Counted from the first letter of the stretch, positions 1 to 10,565 are shown. The stretch: 64,000 nucleotides of DNA from Chitinophagales bacterium (GCA_041751015.1 JBGSYF010000017.1:68913-132912), one strand, 5' to 3'. The notes: generated from the sequence alone by a model not told the origin. Made by a program: numbers and translations.

Positions 1-1369
1 CCACCACGGTTTTCTCGCGGGTCTGGTCAATCTTGCGGTTGCGGGAAGGGCGAAAGACCAGATGATACTCGCCGGGTTGCAAACTGATTTCACCCCTTCC
101 ACTAAAGTTCAACCATTCCTGCACCATCATCAGATCTCCCTGACGCATGCTGAAGACCCCAAGCACTCCCTGCTCATTGGTCTGAATGGTCAGCTTGCCG
201 GGCGCGGGTATGCTGAGCGGATTGGTTTGCCCGGGCAAAATAGGAAAGTCCTGTAGGCTTATCCTGGGCAGAGTGAGAATCTCCAGGTTGTAGGTGCCGG
301 TCAGATAGCGATGACGGGTATTGAAGTTCTGCACATAGGCAATCTCCTGGCTGGCCGGGTCGCGGACCAGGCACTTGATGTCGGTAAATCCGCTGTTGCC
401 TTCAATTTGCAGCCACAATTCGCCCTGTGCGGCATCTATGGCAATGATGTTGTGCTTTCCGGCAATCAGTTCGATGTTCTGTCGGCTCACGGGAGGAGTG
501 GTGTATACGATCAAATCATATAATCCAGCCGGATCAAGATAGAGCGTGTCCGGCACCCCTCCCCTGAGATGGGTGTGTACCATGTTGTACAACGCCTCTC
601 CGGTCCAGGCGTCGTTGAAGCTGAACTCCACATCGGTCTCATTGGCCCTGCCCATCTGATCCAGCAGGTTGACCTGAACGGTTGTATTTCGAAGGGCCTG
701 AGCCACCACCACCCCAAGGGCTTGCTTGAATGCCTGGGGATCAGCAGCGTCGAAGTAGGTTCCCACACAGTCAAAACTGACCTGATCGCGGGGATCCAGT
801 CCCATGCCGATGATGTAGGGCTTGAGGGCCACGCGCTGATTGCGGAGGCTCTCTGCTGCCGCACAGGGATCGCCGGAACAACTCTCCAGGCCGTCGGTGA
901 TCAGCACAATGACGTTCACCGTTTCGCGCTCGCTTTGAAAGTCATGAGCGGCCATGAACAGCGAATAGGCTATTGGTGTGTAGCCCTTGGGCTCAATTCG
1001 ATCCAATACCTGCTTCAAACCGGCGCTGTTGTTCCGGGCAAAGGGCAATTCCAGATGGGAATCTTCACAATCCTTGATCGAGCGATCCTGCTGATGACCA
1101 AAGACGCGCAGGCCAAACTCCACCGGATCAGAGCCCCGGGACAGGGAATCTACAACCCCGAGCAGAAGTTCTTTGGCCACCTCAAAGCGAGTGCGACCCT
1201 GCCAGTTTTCCTTCATGCTACCGGAAGCATCCAGCAAAAAAAGGATGCGGGTGCTCTCTGGTTCAAAATGCCGGTTCAGGCTGCTGCTCTGGGCTTTCAA
1301 CCCGGCGGGCAAGCACGAGAACAGCGCAAAGAGCAGAATCAGCCCGCCAATTGCCTTGACGGAGCTCAT
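1..1369 (-). CDS. von Willebrand factor type A (VWA) domain secreted protein; 3' end cut by the window edge
   Basis: Absent from the ORF track because it has no stop inside the window. Hand translation from ATG at 1369 gives MSSVKAIGGLILLFALFSCLPAGLKAQSS (signal peptide), then ILFLLDASGSMKENWQGRTRFEVAKELL (DxSxS MIDAS motif) and VIVLITDGLESCSGD. The frame stays open to position 1. Plus-strand ORF 569..1483 is its antisense shadow. Confidence 0.75.
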   Translation of the reverse strand, partial: MSSVKAIGGLILLFALFSCLPAGLKAQSSSLNRHFEPESTRILFLLDASGSMKENWQGRTRFEVAKELLLGVVDSLSRGSDPVEFGLRVFGHQQDRSIKDCEDSHLELPFARNNSAGLKQVLDRIEPKGYTPIAYSLFMAAHDFQSERETVNVIVLITDGLESCSGDPCAAAESLRNQRVALKPYIIGMGLDPRDQVSFDCVGTYFDAADPQAFKQALGVVVAQALRNTTVQVNLLDQMGRANETDVEFSFNDAWTGEALYNMVHTHLRGGVPDTLYLDPAGLYDLIVYTTPPVSRQNIELIAGKHNIIAIDAAQGELWLQIEGNSGFTDIKCLVRDPASQEIAYVQNFNTRHRYLTGTYNLEILTLPRISLQDFPILPGQTNPLSIPAPGKLTIQTNEQGVLGVFSMRQGDLMMVQEWLNFSGRGEISLQPGEYHLVFRPSRNRKIDQTREKTVV

Positions 1370-1385
1370 ACCAAGCCCTCCCTGC

Positions 1386-2228
1386 TCAGTAATCGCCCAG
1401 CGTTTCCTCAAGCTGGGCCAATGCGGATGCCAATTGCTGATCATTGGGCGCAATACCGTGCCATTCGTGGGTACCTTCCATGAAATCAACCCCATTACCC
1501 ATCGTGGTGTGCATGAGGATGACCTGGGGTTTGCCCTTGCCGGCACCTGCTTTTGCCTGATTTAACGTCTTGACTACCTCATGCATTACATTTCCCTGCA
1601 TTTCCAGAACGGTCCAGCCAAATGAGCTCCATTTGGCTTTCAGATCGCCCAGATTCATGACCTCTTTGGTAGGTCCATCGATCTGCTGTCCGTTTCTGTC
1701 TACCGTGGCAATCAGATTGTCTACGTTGTGATGAGCGGCAAACATAGCCGCCTCCCAATTCTGGCCCTCCTGAAGCTCGCCGTCACCGTGCAGCGAAAAA
1801 ACCAGATGCGGGTCATTGTTGAGCTTCTTGGACAGGGCGGCTCCAATGGCCACACTCAGTCCCTGTCCCAGTGATCCGCTGGCTACGCGCACACCCGGAA
1901 GTCCTTCATGGGTAGTTGGGTGACCCTGAAGCCGGGAGTTGATCCTTCGGAAGCTGGCCAGCTCCTCTACTGGAAAATAGCCGGCGCGCGCCAGGGTACT
2001 GTAGAAAACTGGTGAAATATGTCCATTGCTGAGAAAAAACAGGTCTTCTCCAGAGCCATCCATATCAAAACCCGACTTCCGGTCCATGATCTCAAAGAAC
2101 AGGGCGGTAAAGAAATCGGCACAACCCAGGGAGCCCCCGGGATGACCGCTCTGACAGGAGTGAACCATGCGTACGATATCCCTGCGGATCTGAGTGGCCT
2201 TGCGTTCAAGTTCGGTGGTAGCGCTCAT
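1386..2228 (-). CDS. transketolase, N-terminal (ThDP-binding) subunit of a split transketolase
   Basis: Lies within ORF 1386..2369. The internal Met at 2228 gives MSATTELERKATQIRRDIVRMVHSCQSGHPGGSLGCADFFTALFF, HGDGELQEGQNWEA (GDG ThDP motif), and a ~280-aa length typical of the split N-subunit. Confidence 0.9.
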   Translation of the reverse strand: MSATTELERKATQIRRDIVRMVHSCQSGHPGGSLGCADFFTALFFEIMDRKSGFDMDGSGEDLFFLSNGHISPVFYSTLARAGYFPVEELASFRRINSRLQGHPTTHEGLPGVRVASGSLGQGLSVAIGAALSKKLNNDPHLVFSLHGDGELQEGQNWEAAMFAAHHNVDNLIATVDRNGQQIDGPTKEVMNLGDLKAKWSSFGWTVLEMQGNVMHEVVKTLNQAKAGAGKGKPQVILMHTTMGNGVDFMEGTHEWHGIAPNDQQLASALAQLEETLGDY

Positions 2229-2332
2229 GCTGCGAAGATACTTAGAGGATGGGTTGTAGCGAAAGGCCCTTCGAAATACCGGCATGGACCCTGCCTGCAC
2301 CCCGCTTGCGCGGGCTGAACTAACTTCGCTCC

Positions 2333-3184
2333 ATGCAAAGAATGATATCAACCAGCATGCCCGCCGCACTTGCAGTCCTGGCCTCTATCCTGTTGCTCAG
2401 CGCCTGCAGCTCTGAATCGGGCTCTGCTTCGTCCGAAGATCAAGGCAGCCACTTGCTGCGCTGGGATTTTTCAGGAACCGAGCAGATAGACTACCTCTTT
2501 GAGCAGCGCTCAGAATCCATCAGCCATATGGCCATGATGCTTCCCCAGCAGGGGCCCTATGCCGACTCCTCTCACTACCTGACCATGGCCGAAGGGCAAC
2601 TCAGTTTTGTACCCAGCGCTGAGAATAAGGCCACCCTGCGTCTGAGTGGCGATGAAATCAAAGCTTATGAGTTGGATATGCTCAATGGAAGGGTGCTGGA
2701 TTCGCTTACCGAGCCCTTTGAACCGCTGGAGATGCTCAACATCAAGGAGGATGGCAAGCAGGAAGTCCCCGATGAGTTGGGTCAGCAGTTGTTTGACTAC
2801 CTCTTTGCCCTTCCCCAGGAAAACCTTGAACCGGGTAAGTATGAGGACAAATCCGTATCCCTTCCCCTGGCGACGGCTCACGGACAATTGCAGGTCACCG
2901 GGAATAGCCGTTTGACCTTCACCGGCATTGAACAGCATCAAAATCGGCGCTGTGCCCGCCTGGATCTGCACCTGTTGATCGATCAGATTCAGAACGATGG
3001 CTCTGCCAAGGGCGAATACATGTTCCTTCGCGAGGGAAATTCGACCTTTTACTTTGACCTGGACGAGCGGGAATTTGTCAGCGGAGAGGTTACCATAAAC
3101 AGCACCATTTACATCGACGAGGGCCTGGAAGCCGGCATCGTTCGCATAGAGAATTCGGATCAGTTTTCATTGCAGATCAGGTAA
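2333..3184 (+). CDS. hypothetical lipoprotein
   Basis: Signal peptide plus lipobox: MQRMISTSMPAALAVLASILLLSAC followed by SSESGS. No catalytic motif recognised. Confidence 0.6.
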   Translation: MQRMISTSMPAALAVLASILLLSACSSESGSASSEDQGSHLLRWDFSGTEQIDYLFEQRSESISHMAMMLPQQGPYADSSHYLTMAEGQLSFVPSAENKATLRLSGDEIKAYELDMLNGRVLDSLTEPFEPLEMLNIKEDGKQEVPDELGQQLFDYLFALPQENLEPGKYEDKSVSLPLATAHGQLQVTGNSRLTFTGIEQHQNRRCARLDLHLLIDQIQNDGSAKGEYMFLREGNSTFYFDLDEREFVSGEVTINSTIYIDEGLEAGIVRIENSDQFSLQIR

Positions 3185-3300
3185 CTAGGGCTACAGGAGC
3201 TGCGGACTGTGGGCGAGACTTGAGTGCAAAGCCTTGCTTTTCAAGGTTTTAGTCTGGAGACCTGCTCCTGAATCCGGCGAGTTCTGCTTGTTCTTTTGTG

Positions 3301-3308
3301 TATCTTTG
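3301..3308 (+). promoter_or_regulatory. candidate Bacteroidota -7 promoter box (TATCTTTG) upstream of icmF
   Basis: Exact match to TAnnTTTG, 69 nt upstream of ATG 3377. No convincing -33 TTG at the usual spacing. Confidence 0.3.
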
Positions 3309-3376
3309 GAAAGCGCCACGAGGTGCCGATTGTTCTTTACGGCTTTTGTATCCCCTCTCTGTGCCCGTCGATCACC

Positions 3377-6300
3377 ATGAGCACTCCCGAAGTCTATCAA
3401 CCCACCCACCCCGTTCGCATTGTTACGGCTGCCAGTTTGTTCGATGGTCATGATGCGGCCATCAACATCATGCGGCGCATCATTCAGTCCAGCGGATGCG
3501 AAGTCATACACCTGGGCCATGACCGCAGCGTTGAAGAGGTGGTCAATTGCGCCATCCAGGAAGATGCTCAGGCCATAGCCATCACCTCCTATCAGGGAGG
3601 GCACAATGAGTACTTCAAGTTTATGGTGGATTTGCTCCGCGAAAAAGGGGCTCAGCATATTCAGGTGTTTGGGGGCGGCGGCGGGGTGATCCTGCCCGAT
3701 GAGATCCGGGATTTGCAGACCTATGGGGTGAACCGCATCTACTCACCCGATGACGGGCGTTCCATGGGCTTGCAGGGAATGATCAACGACTTGATTGAAA
3801 AGAGCGATTTCGCCATCGGCGACCGGATCAACGGCGCCATGGGCGGCTTGAAAGACAGGGATGCGGGAAGCATAGCCCGTTTGATCTCCGCGGCGGAGAA
3901 CTTTCCCGATCTGGCCAAGGCTTACCTGGAACCCATTCGCAAACAAGCCGCTGATATCAGCACCCCGGTTGTGGGCATCACCGGCACAGGCGGAGCGGGC
4001 AAGAGCTCTCTGGTGGACGAACTGGTGCGGCGCTTTTTGATGGATTTCAGCGACAAGAGCATAGGCATCATTTCGGTTGACCCTTCGAAAAGAAAAACCG
4101 GAGGGGCCCTGCTAGGCGACCGCATCCGCATGAATGCGATCAACCATCCCCGGGTTTACATGCGCTCTCTGGCTACGCGTCAGGCCAATCTGGCGCTCTC
4201 CGCCCACGTGGGCGATGCGGTGGCCATACTCAAAGTAGCCGGCTTTGATCTGATCATCCTCGAAACATCAGGCATAGGCCAGAGCGATACAGAGATCACG
4301 GAGTACGCCGATCTGAGCTTGTATGTCATGACCCCGGAGTACGGGGCCGCTACTCAGTTGGAGAAAATTGATATGCTCGATTTCGCCGATCTGGTGGCCA
4401 TCAATAAGTTCGACAAGAGAGGCGCTCTGGATGCTCTGCGCGATGTGCGCAAACAGGTTCAGCGCAACCGCCGGCAATTTGATGTTGAGGTGGATGAGAT
4501 GCCGGTCTTTGGCAGCATCGCTTCGCAGTTCAACGATCCGGGCACCAACGCTCTGTACAAAGCGCTGATGAGCGCTCTGCAAAAGCGCGGTTTCAGCGAG
4601 CTGAGTTCGCAGTTTCAGGCCCCGGAGGAGATGAGTGAAAAGATCTACATCATTCCCCCAAAACGGGTGCGCTATCTGGCGGAGATCTCCGATACCATTC
4701 GCCAGTACAATCTGCGCGCGCTGGAACAAAGCCAGATTGCCCAGCGGCTTTACGCTTTGGAAGAGAGCCTGCGCTTGTTGGCCGAAACGGGTAGCCCCGA
4801 AGAAGTGCAGGAGGGTCTTCGCCAGGCCAGACAACAGCTCGCGCTGGACTTTGACCCTAAGAATCAGGCCATGCTGGATCGCTGGCCCGGTTTGATCCGC
4901 CGCTTTGCCGACCCTCATTTTTCGTTCAAGGTCAGGGATCAGGAACTGACGGTGGAGACCCACAGCGAAACCCTTTCGCACCAGCGCATACCGCGGGTAG
5001 CTTTGCCCCGCTTCAAGGCCTGGGGCGATTTGCTGTACTGGATTTTGCAGGAGAATGTACCCGGGCTCTTTCCCTACACCGGAGGCATCTATCCTTTTAA
5101 ACGCGAAGGGGAGGATCCCACGCGCATGTTTGCGGGCGAAGGGGGACCGGAACGCACCAACCGCCGCTTTCACTACCTGAGCCTGGGCATGCCCGCCAAG
5201 CGCCTGAGTACGGCCTTTGACTCGGTGACCCTCTATGGGCACGACCCCGACTACCGCCCCGACATCTACGGCAAGATCGGCAATTCCGGGGTGTCTATTT
5301 GCTGTCTGGACGATGCCAAGCGCCTGTACAGCGGCTTCGACCTCTGCGATCCCAAGACCAGCGTTTCGATGACCATCAACGGCCCGGCACCTATGCTGCT
5401 GGCCTTCTTTCTCAATGCGGCCATCGATCAGCAATGCGGCATGTACGTCCGTCAAAACGGGCTTGAACACGAGGTCAACGAGAAAATCAACAAGCTATAC
5501 GCTCAAGCGGGTGTGCCCCGACCGCTTTATGTCGGGGATTTGCCCACAGGTCACAACAAGCTGGGTTTGCGTCTGCTCGGCGTGAGCGCTGATGAAGTAC
5601 TCGAACCCGAGATCTACGCCCAGATCAAAGCCCGCACCCTGGCCCAGGTTCGCGGAACCGTTCAGGCCGATATCCTCAAGGAAGATCAGGCGCAGAACAC
5701 CTGCATCTTCTCCACGGAATTCGCCCTGCGCCTGATGGGGGATGTGCAGGCTTACTTCATCGAAAACAATGTCCGCAATTTCTACTCGGTGTCCATCTCG
5801 GGCTACCATATCGCAGAAGCGGGCGCCAATCCGATTACTCAGCTCGCCTTTACCCTGGCCAATGGTTTCACCTATGTAGAGTACTACCTCAGCCGGGGCA
5901 TGGACATCAACGCCTTCGGGCCAAACCTGAGTTTCTTCTTCTCCAATGGTCTGGATCCGGAGTATGCGGTCATTGGCCGGGTGGCGCGGCGCATCTGGGC
6001 CAAGGCCATGAAGATGCGCTATGGTGCAGACGATCGCACCTGCAAACTCAAGTACCATATTCAAACCTCTGGTCGCTCCCTGCACGCCCAGGAGATTGAC
6101 TTCAACGATATCCGCACCACCCTGCAGGCGCTCTACGCCATCTACGACAACTGCAACAGCCTGCACACCAATGCCTACGATGAGGCCATCACCACCCCGA
6201 CCGAAGACAGTGTACGACGGGCCATGGCCATTCAATTGATCATCAACAAGGAGTTGGGGCTGGCCCGCAATGAGAACCCCAATCAGGGCAGCTTCATCAT

Positions 6301-6751
6301 CGAACAGCTCACCGATTTGGTGGAAGAAGCTGTCATGCTGGAGTTTGACCGCATCACCGAACGCGGAGGAGTGCTCGGCGCCATGGAGACCATGTACCAG
6401 CGCGGCAAGATTCAGCAAGAGAGCCTGCACTATGAAACCCTGAAGCACAACGGCGAGTTGCCGGTAGTGGGCGTGAATACCTTCATCAGTTCGAAGGGCT
6501 CTCCGACCATCATTCCGGCCGAGGTCATCAGAGCTACGGAGGAAGAGAAGCAGAACCAGATCAGCACCCTGCGCAACCTTCAGCGCTTCAGGGCGGAAAA
6601 AGCCGGGCTTGCACTCAAGGCGCTTCGGCAGGCAGCCATCCACAACGAAAACGTCTTTGGCGTGATCATGGAGGCGGCCAAGTATTGTTCTCTCGGACAG
6701 ATGACCACAGCGCTCTTTGAGGTGGGAGGTCAGTACCGGAGAAATATGTAA
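3377..6751 (+). CDS. icmF: fused isobutyryl-CoA mutase (B12-binding domain + MeaB-like GTPase + mutase barrel)
   Basis: N-terminal B12 domain [25 protein letters not shown]-loop GTPase [17 protein letters not shown] with NKFD. C-terminal methylmalonyl-CoA-mutase-type region ([36 protein letters not shown]). Start moved from 3296 to ATG 3377 (MSTPEVYQ). Confidence 0.9.
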   Translation: MSTPEVYQPTHPVRIVTAASLFDGHDAAINIMRRIIQSSGCEVIHLGHDRSVEEVVNCAIQEDAQAIAITSYQGGHNEYFKFMVDLLREKGAQHIQVFGGGGGVILPDEIRDLQTYGVNRIYSPDDGRSMGLQGMINDLIEKSDFAIGDRINGAMGGLKDRDAGSIARLISAAENFPDLAKAYLEPIRKQAADISTPVVGITGTGGAGKSSLVDELVRRFLMDFSDKSIGIISVDPSKRKTGGALLGDRIRMNAINHPRVYMRSLATRQANLALSAHVGDAVAILKVAGFDLIILETSGIGQSDTEITEYADLSLYVMTPEYGAATQLEKIDMLDFADLVAINKFDKRGALDALRDVRKQVQRNRRQFDVEVDEMPVFGSIASQFNDPGTNALYKALMSALQKRGFSELSSQFQAPEEMSEKIYIIPPKRVRYLAEISDTIRQYNLRALEQSQIAQRLYALEESLRLLAETGSPEEVQEGLRQARQQLALDFDPKNQAMLDRWPGLIRRFADPHFSFKVRDQELTVETHSETLSHQRIPRVALPRFKAWGDLLYWILQENVPGLFPYTGGIYPFKREGEDPTRMFAGEGGPERTNRRFHYLSLGMPAKRLSTAFDSVTLYGHDPDYRPDIYGKIGNSGVSICCLDDAKRLYSGFDLCDPKTSVSMTINGPAPMLLAFFLNAAIDQQCGMYVRQNGLEHEVNEKINKLYAQAGVPRPLYVGDLPTGHNKLGLRLLGVSADEVLEPEIYAQIKARTLAQVRGTVQADILKEDQAQNTCIFSTEFALRLMGDVQAYFIENNVRNFYSVSISGYHIAEAGANPITQLAFTLANGFTYVEYYLSRGMDINAFGPNLSFFFSNGLDPEYAVIGRVARRIWAKAMKMRYGADDRTCKLKYHIQTSGRSLHAQEIDFNDIRTTLQALYAIYDNCNSLHTNAYDEAITTPTEDSVRRAMAIQLIINKELGLARNENPNQGSFIIEQLTDLVEEAVMLEFDRITERGGVLGAMETMYQRGKIQQESLHYETLKHNGELPVVGVNTFISSKGSPTIIPAEVIRATEEEKQNQISTLRNLQRFRAEKAGLALKALRQAAIHNENVFGVIMEAAKYCSLGQMTTALFEVGGQYRRNM

Positions 6752-6859
6752 TGGTGCCGGGTTCTCGCGCTTGATTTCGCTTGGATCTCTCGCTGTTTTC
6801 GCGCTGGCCTTCTGCTCTGAAAAGCCTTAATTTGGGAGCTCATTTCCCAGCTCTCTACC

Positions 6860-8962
6860 ATGCACATCTTTCCTTCGAAAGCCCTTCACGGCTCCTTGCG
6901 CCAACGCCGGGGGACGTTGAAACGCGTCTTTTCGTTTTGCTGTCTTGTTGTTCCGGGCCTGCTGCCTTCAGCTCTGCAGGCACAAACGGGCCAAACAACT
7001 CATAGAAACCCCGGCAACCATGCTGCGGTGGTTGAGCGTCTCAATGAGAAGGACATTCCCGTTTTGCCGATAAACGATCAGCAAAGTGCCACAAGAAGCG
7101 GACGGTCCCTGAGGAGCAGTTCCGGTTCAGCCGATTTGCACAACCCTGCTCAGGGCGTTGCGGCCCTTCGAAACACAACGGCCTTTGCCCCTTTCCTGCA
7201 CGGTGTCGCATCGGGAGATCCCCTGCCCGACCGGGTCATCATCTGGACACGGGTCAGCCCCGATTGGACTTCGGAAGATCCCATAGAGGTAACCTGGCGG
7301 CTGAGCACAGAAGTCTCCATGACCGACATTGCCGCCCAGGGTGTCTACAACACCGGTCCTGAACGCGATTTCACCGTCAAGATTGATGCTCAGGGCTTGG
7401 AGCCCAACACGCATTACTACTACCAGTTTGAGGCTATGGGCAGAAAATCCCTGATCGGGCGCACGCTGACCTCCAGCCATGGACCCCTGGATCGATTGCG
7501 CATTGCAGCGGTTTCCTGCTCAGACTACCGCCGGGGTTACTTTCACGCCTACGCCAAACTGGCAGAGCGCAGCGATCTCTCCCTGATCCTTCACCTGGGG
7601 GACTACTTCTACGAAGGGGGGGGAGGAAGCAATGATCGAATTCACGAGCCGGATGCTGAGATCTATCGATTGCAGGATTACCGCACCCGATACTCACAGT
7701 ACCGCCTGGATCCCGATTTACAGCGCGTGCATCAGGTGCATCCCTTTGCCACCATCTGGGATGATCACGATATCGTTGTAGATGCTCTGCGCGACACCTG
7801 TTATCGCCATAACCCGGTTTATGGTCCATACCGCGATCGCAAACTGGCGGCTGTGCGCGCTGCGCTGGAGTGGTTGCCCATTCGCGATGACCCGGCCGAC
7901 TCGCTGCGCATCTGGCGCTCCTTTCCCTATGGAGACATGGCCGATATTTATATGCTGGATACCCGCCTTTACGACCGCGACCGATTTGCCACCGATGCGG
8001 CAGATCCTATTTACCAGAGTCCGGATCACCGCCTGATTGGTCCCGTTCAGATGGAATGGCTACAGAATGGTTTAGCCGGCTCAGGTGCGCGCTGGAAAGT
8101 TCTGGGCAATCAGGTGATGATGGGGCATTTTGAAGCTATAGAAGACGAGCCGCTAATCTTTGAAAACTGGCAGGGCTACACGGCCGAGCAAAACGCCTTC
8201 TACCAATTCCTCAAAGACCATGAGATTGAAAACACCGTAGTGCTCACCGGTGATTTTCATATTTCCATGGCCCTGGATCTGGCCCCCGATCCGCGCAAGG
8301 CTGAGAACTACAATCCGGCCAATGGGGATGGGTCACTCGCGGTGGAGTTTCTGGTGCCCAGCGTGACCGGAGTCAACTTTGATGAGGGCGAAACCTTCGG
8401 GTTTTCTTCGGCCACTCAGGCTTCCTTCCTAATCAATCTAGGAAATAAACATATTAAGTGGAATGAACTTGAAGGTCACGGCTATGTGCTGCTAGACCTG
8501 AATGCCGAGCGTGCCCAGGCGGAATTCTGGCACATGGCCGATATCCGCGATCCGCTCAATCGCGAGGAGTATCCCCTTCAGCTCTGGGAAACCCTGAACG
8601 GCAGCCAGAAAGTTCGCCCGGCTCAGGTCTTGTCTGAACCTATAGAAGGGATAGCCCCCCTTCCCCCTGTGGATACGGTAGCACCTGCACTTTATCCCGA
8701 AAACACCCTGATCAGTGTCGGGCCAAATCCCTTTAGCGAAGAGTTCAGTATGGTCATATGGCTGCCTCTGCCGGCTGAGTTAGCTCTGACGATCTACGAT
8801 GCCCAGGGACGCCGCGTTGCCGACATGCCTGCTCAAGCCTGGGATGCCGGAAACTACCGCATTGTTCAGGGAGCGCAGAGCTGGGCTGCTGGAACTTATA
8901 TTGCTGATCTGCGCATGGGTTCTGAGCGAAAGCGCATACGCCTGGTCAAGGGCCGGCCTTGA
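6860..8962 (+). CDS. PhoD-family alkaline phosphatase/phosphodiesterase with T9SS type A C-terminal sorting domain
   Basis: FLHGVASGDPLPDRVIIWTRVSP (PhoD N-terminal signature). Metallophosphatase motifs LHLGDYFYE, IWDDHDI, LTGDFH. The last ~85 aa (LISVGPNPFSEEFSMVIWL...GTYIADLRMGSERKRIRLVKG) look like a Por-secretion tail. Confidence 0.85.
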   Translation: MHIFPSKALHGSLRQRRGTLKRVFSFCCLVVPGLLPSALQAQTGQTTHRNPGNHAAVVERLNEKDIPVLPINDQQSATRSGRSLRSSSGSADLHNPAQGVAALRNTTAFAPFLHGVASGDPLPDRVIIWTRVSPDWTSEDPIEVTWRLSTEVSMTDIAAQGVYNTGPERDFTVKIDAQGLEPNTHYYYQFEAMGRKSLIGRTLTSSHGPLDRLRIAAVSCSDYRRGYFHAYAKLAERSDLSLILHLGDYFYEGGGGSNDRIHEPDAEIYRLQDYRTRYSQYRLDPDLQRVHQVHPFATIWDDHDIVVDALRDTCYRHNPVYGPYRDRKLAAVRAALEWLPIRDDPADSLRIWRSFPYGDMADIYMLDTRLYDRDRFATDAADPIYQSPDHRLIGPVQMEWLQNGLAGSGARWKVLGNQVMMGHFEAIEDEPLIFENWQGYTAEQNAFYQFLKDHEIENTVVLTGDFHISMALDLAPDPRKAENYNPANGDGSLAVEFLVPSVTGVNFDEGETFGFSSATQASFLINLGNKHIKWNELEGHGYVLLDLNAERAQAEFWHMADIRDPLNREEYPLQLWETLNGSQKVRPAQVLSEPIEGIAPLPPVDTVAPALYPENTLISVGPNPFSEEFSMVIWLPLPAELALTIYDAQGRRVADMPAQAWDAGNYRIVQGAQSWAAGTYIADLRMGSERKRIRLVKGRP

Positions 8963-8974
8963 ACTGCGGAGCGT

Positions 8975-10444
8975 TTAAGGCAAAACGAGGATTCGCCGGG
9001 TTCTGATCTCGCGGCCATCGGGATAGACCACTTCAATAAAGTAGATTCCCGCAGCGAGTTGAGGAATGGGCAGCTCAACAAATGGCGAGGCCTGAACCTG
9101 GGCGTCCAGCACTCTTCTTCCCCCTGCATCAAAGAGACTAATTCTGCTTACTCCCTCCGTTTCATCATCAAACTTAAAGTATAAAATTCTACCACTTTTA
9201 ACCGGGCTGGGGTATATGCTCAGGCAGCCATCTTCGCAGGGAATGGGGTTCCAGGCCGGGTTGTAGATTCGGATGATCCGATCGTCGTCTTCATTCTCCA
9301 CATAGCGTCCATTGTACTCGCGGTTGGAGGTGCAGAGGTAAACGCTCCCATCAGGAGCCACCAGCACATCGCGTATGCGACCGAAAACCCCAACCTGGTT
9401 CAACTGACCCAGGTCAGTGGCGACGATAGGTCCTTCGTGCAGATAGTCCCGCACATCCAAAACTTCGCGTCCATTGTTGTGAAGCCGGATGACCTGAATG
9501 CGCTGACCCGGATTGCCCACTCGCTTGAGAAAGCCGGCAATCAGACAATTTTTCCACTGGGGTATGGCCGGGTGATTGTAGTAGTCCAGCCCACTGGGTG
9601 CCGATGTAGGTGTCCAGGTTAAGTGCGGCTCCACCACATCATAGGCTTCGCAGAAATCCAGTTCCTCGGGTGTCTCGCACCTGCCCCGAACAAATGGCCA
9701 GCCGTAGTTGCGACCGGGCATCAGAAGGTTGAGCTCATCGTCCGTATCGTCTCCGTGCTCCGTTGACCAGATCAGGCCAGAGGGCAATTGCACCAATCCC
9801 TGCATGTTGCGGTGGCCAAGTGTATAGAGATAACTGTCCGCAAAGGGATTGTCGTCTGGAATGGAGCCATCCAGTTCAAGGCGCAGCAGTTTCCCATTCA
9901 AGCTGGCGCTGTCCTGTGGAAGGGCGGGATTGAACGCATCGCCGGTGGCGTAGAGCAGTCTTCCGCTCAGGTCAGTCAATAGGCGGGAACCGTTGTGTGA
10001 CTCCCGGCCCGGCATATCCAAAAGGATCTCTTCATCGTGCAGACCGAGGTTGTTCAGATAGCGAAAACGGCTCAACCTCATGCGATCTTCGTTATATGTG
10101 TAGGTTACATATAGCCAGGGCTGAGTCGGAAACTCCGGATGCAGCATCAGGGCGTGCAGACCTGAATTGTCAAATGAAGTATATACACCGGGCACCGTGT
10201 CCAGCACTTCGGTTGTGCCGGTTTCGGGATCGTAGCGCTTCAGTGCACCGGTGCGCTCGGTAAACCAGATGCGATCATCGGGACCCCAAACCAGATCCCA
10301 GGGAAGATCCAGGTTCACGCTGACCACCTCGGCCACCAGGGGAACCTGATCGTCAATGGCATAGCTGTTCAGCGGGGGCAACTGAGCGGCCATTCCCCCG
10401 GAATAAACCCATAGTATAAAAACCAAATAGCTCAGGCGATGCAT
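8975..10444 (-). CDS. PQQ-dependent sugar (glucose/sorbosone) dehydrogenase-like beta-propeller with T9SS type A CTD
   Basis: LDLPWDLVWGPDDRIWFTERTGALKRY, GHRNMQGLV, HGDDTDDELNLLMPGRNYGWP. C-terminal LSIYPSPVKSGRILYFKF...GIYFIEVVYPDGREIRTRRILVLP. Start chosen at ATG 10444 (MHRLSYLVFILWVYSGGMAAQ, signal peptide); the ORF opens at 10489. Confidence 0.85.
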   Translation of the reverse strand: MHRLSYLVFILWVYSGGMAAQLPPLNSYAIDDQVPLVAEVVSVNLDLPWDLVWGPDDRIWFTERTGALKRYDPETGTTEVLDTVPGVYTSFDNSGLHALMLHPEFPTQPWLYVTYTYNEDRMRLSRFRYLNNLGLHDEEILLDMPGRESHNGSRLLTDLSGRLLYATGDAFNPALPQDSASLNGKLLRLELDGSIPDDNPFADSYLYTLGHRNMQGLVQLPSGLIWSTEHGDDTDDELNLLMPGRNYGWPFVRGRCETPEELDFCEAYDVVEPHLTWTPTSAPSGLDYYNHPAIPQWKNCLIAGFLKRVGNPGQRIQVIRLHNNGREVLDVRDYLHEGPIVATDLGQLNQVGVFGRIRDVLVAPDGSVYLCTSNREYNGRYVENEDDDRIIRIYNPAWNPIPCEDGCLSIYPSPVKSGRILYFKFDDETEGVSRISLFDAGGRRVLDAQVQASPFVELPIPQLAAGIYFIEVVYPDGREIRTRRILVLP

Positions 10445-10522
10445 CGGGTAAAAGTACGCTTTGAGAGACTCTGAGGCCGACCCGGGCATTTTGAGAAAAT
10501 TCCTGCATTAATGAGAGGAGTT

Positions 10523-10538
10523 TGGCACGCCAATTGTA
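10523..10538 (+). promoter_or_regulatory. candidate sigma-54 (-24/-12) promoter
   Basis: TGGCACGCCAATTGTA versus consensus TGGCACG-N4-TTGCW. GG-N10 spacing is exact, but the -12 dinucleotide is GT, not GC. It sits 28 nt upstream of ATG 10566, and rpoN is encoded in this window. Confidence 0.3.
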
Positions 10539-10565
10539 AGGATAGGGAAAGAAAACATCCGGACC

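Noticed and set aside
1449-1462. TGGCACGGTATTGC on the minus strand, ~80 nt upstream of the VWA gene start, resembling a sigma-54 promoter.
   Set aside because: The spacing between GG and GC is one nt short (N9 instead of N10), sigma-54 promoters tolerate spacing changes poorly, and the site lies inside the transketolase coding region.
569-1483. 304-aa plus-strand ORF, the longest listed ORF at the left edge.
   Set aside because: It has no recognisable motifs and a composition typical of an antisense frame. The opposite strand encodes a clean VWA protein (signal peptide, DxSxS MIDAS motif) that the track omits because it runs off the window.
1386-2228. The split-transketolase N-subunit has no adjacent C-terminal subunit gene.
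   Set aside because: The partner could be anywhere outside this window, so this cannot be evaluated from 64 kb and is not evidence of anything unusual.
4268-6643. Two long minus-strand ORFs (400 and 382 aa) inside the icmF region.
   Set aside because: They are antisense shadows of a gene with unambiguous B12, GTPase and mutase motifs, and they have no motifs of their own.
7616-7623. G8/C8 homopolymers inside coding regions (7616..7623 in the PhoD gene, 52865..52872 in the M16 partner, 44328..44335 in scpB, 61802..61809 in the kinase) as possible phase-variation tracts.
   Set aside because: All are in frame and encode Gly-Gly(-Gly) within conserved-looking sequence. Such runs are expected at this GC content, and unlike the A8 tract at 60628 the alternative frames give nothing sensible.
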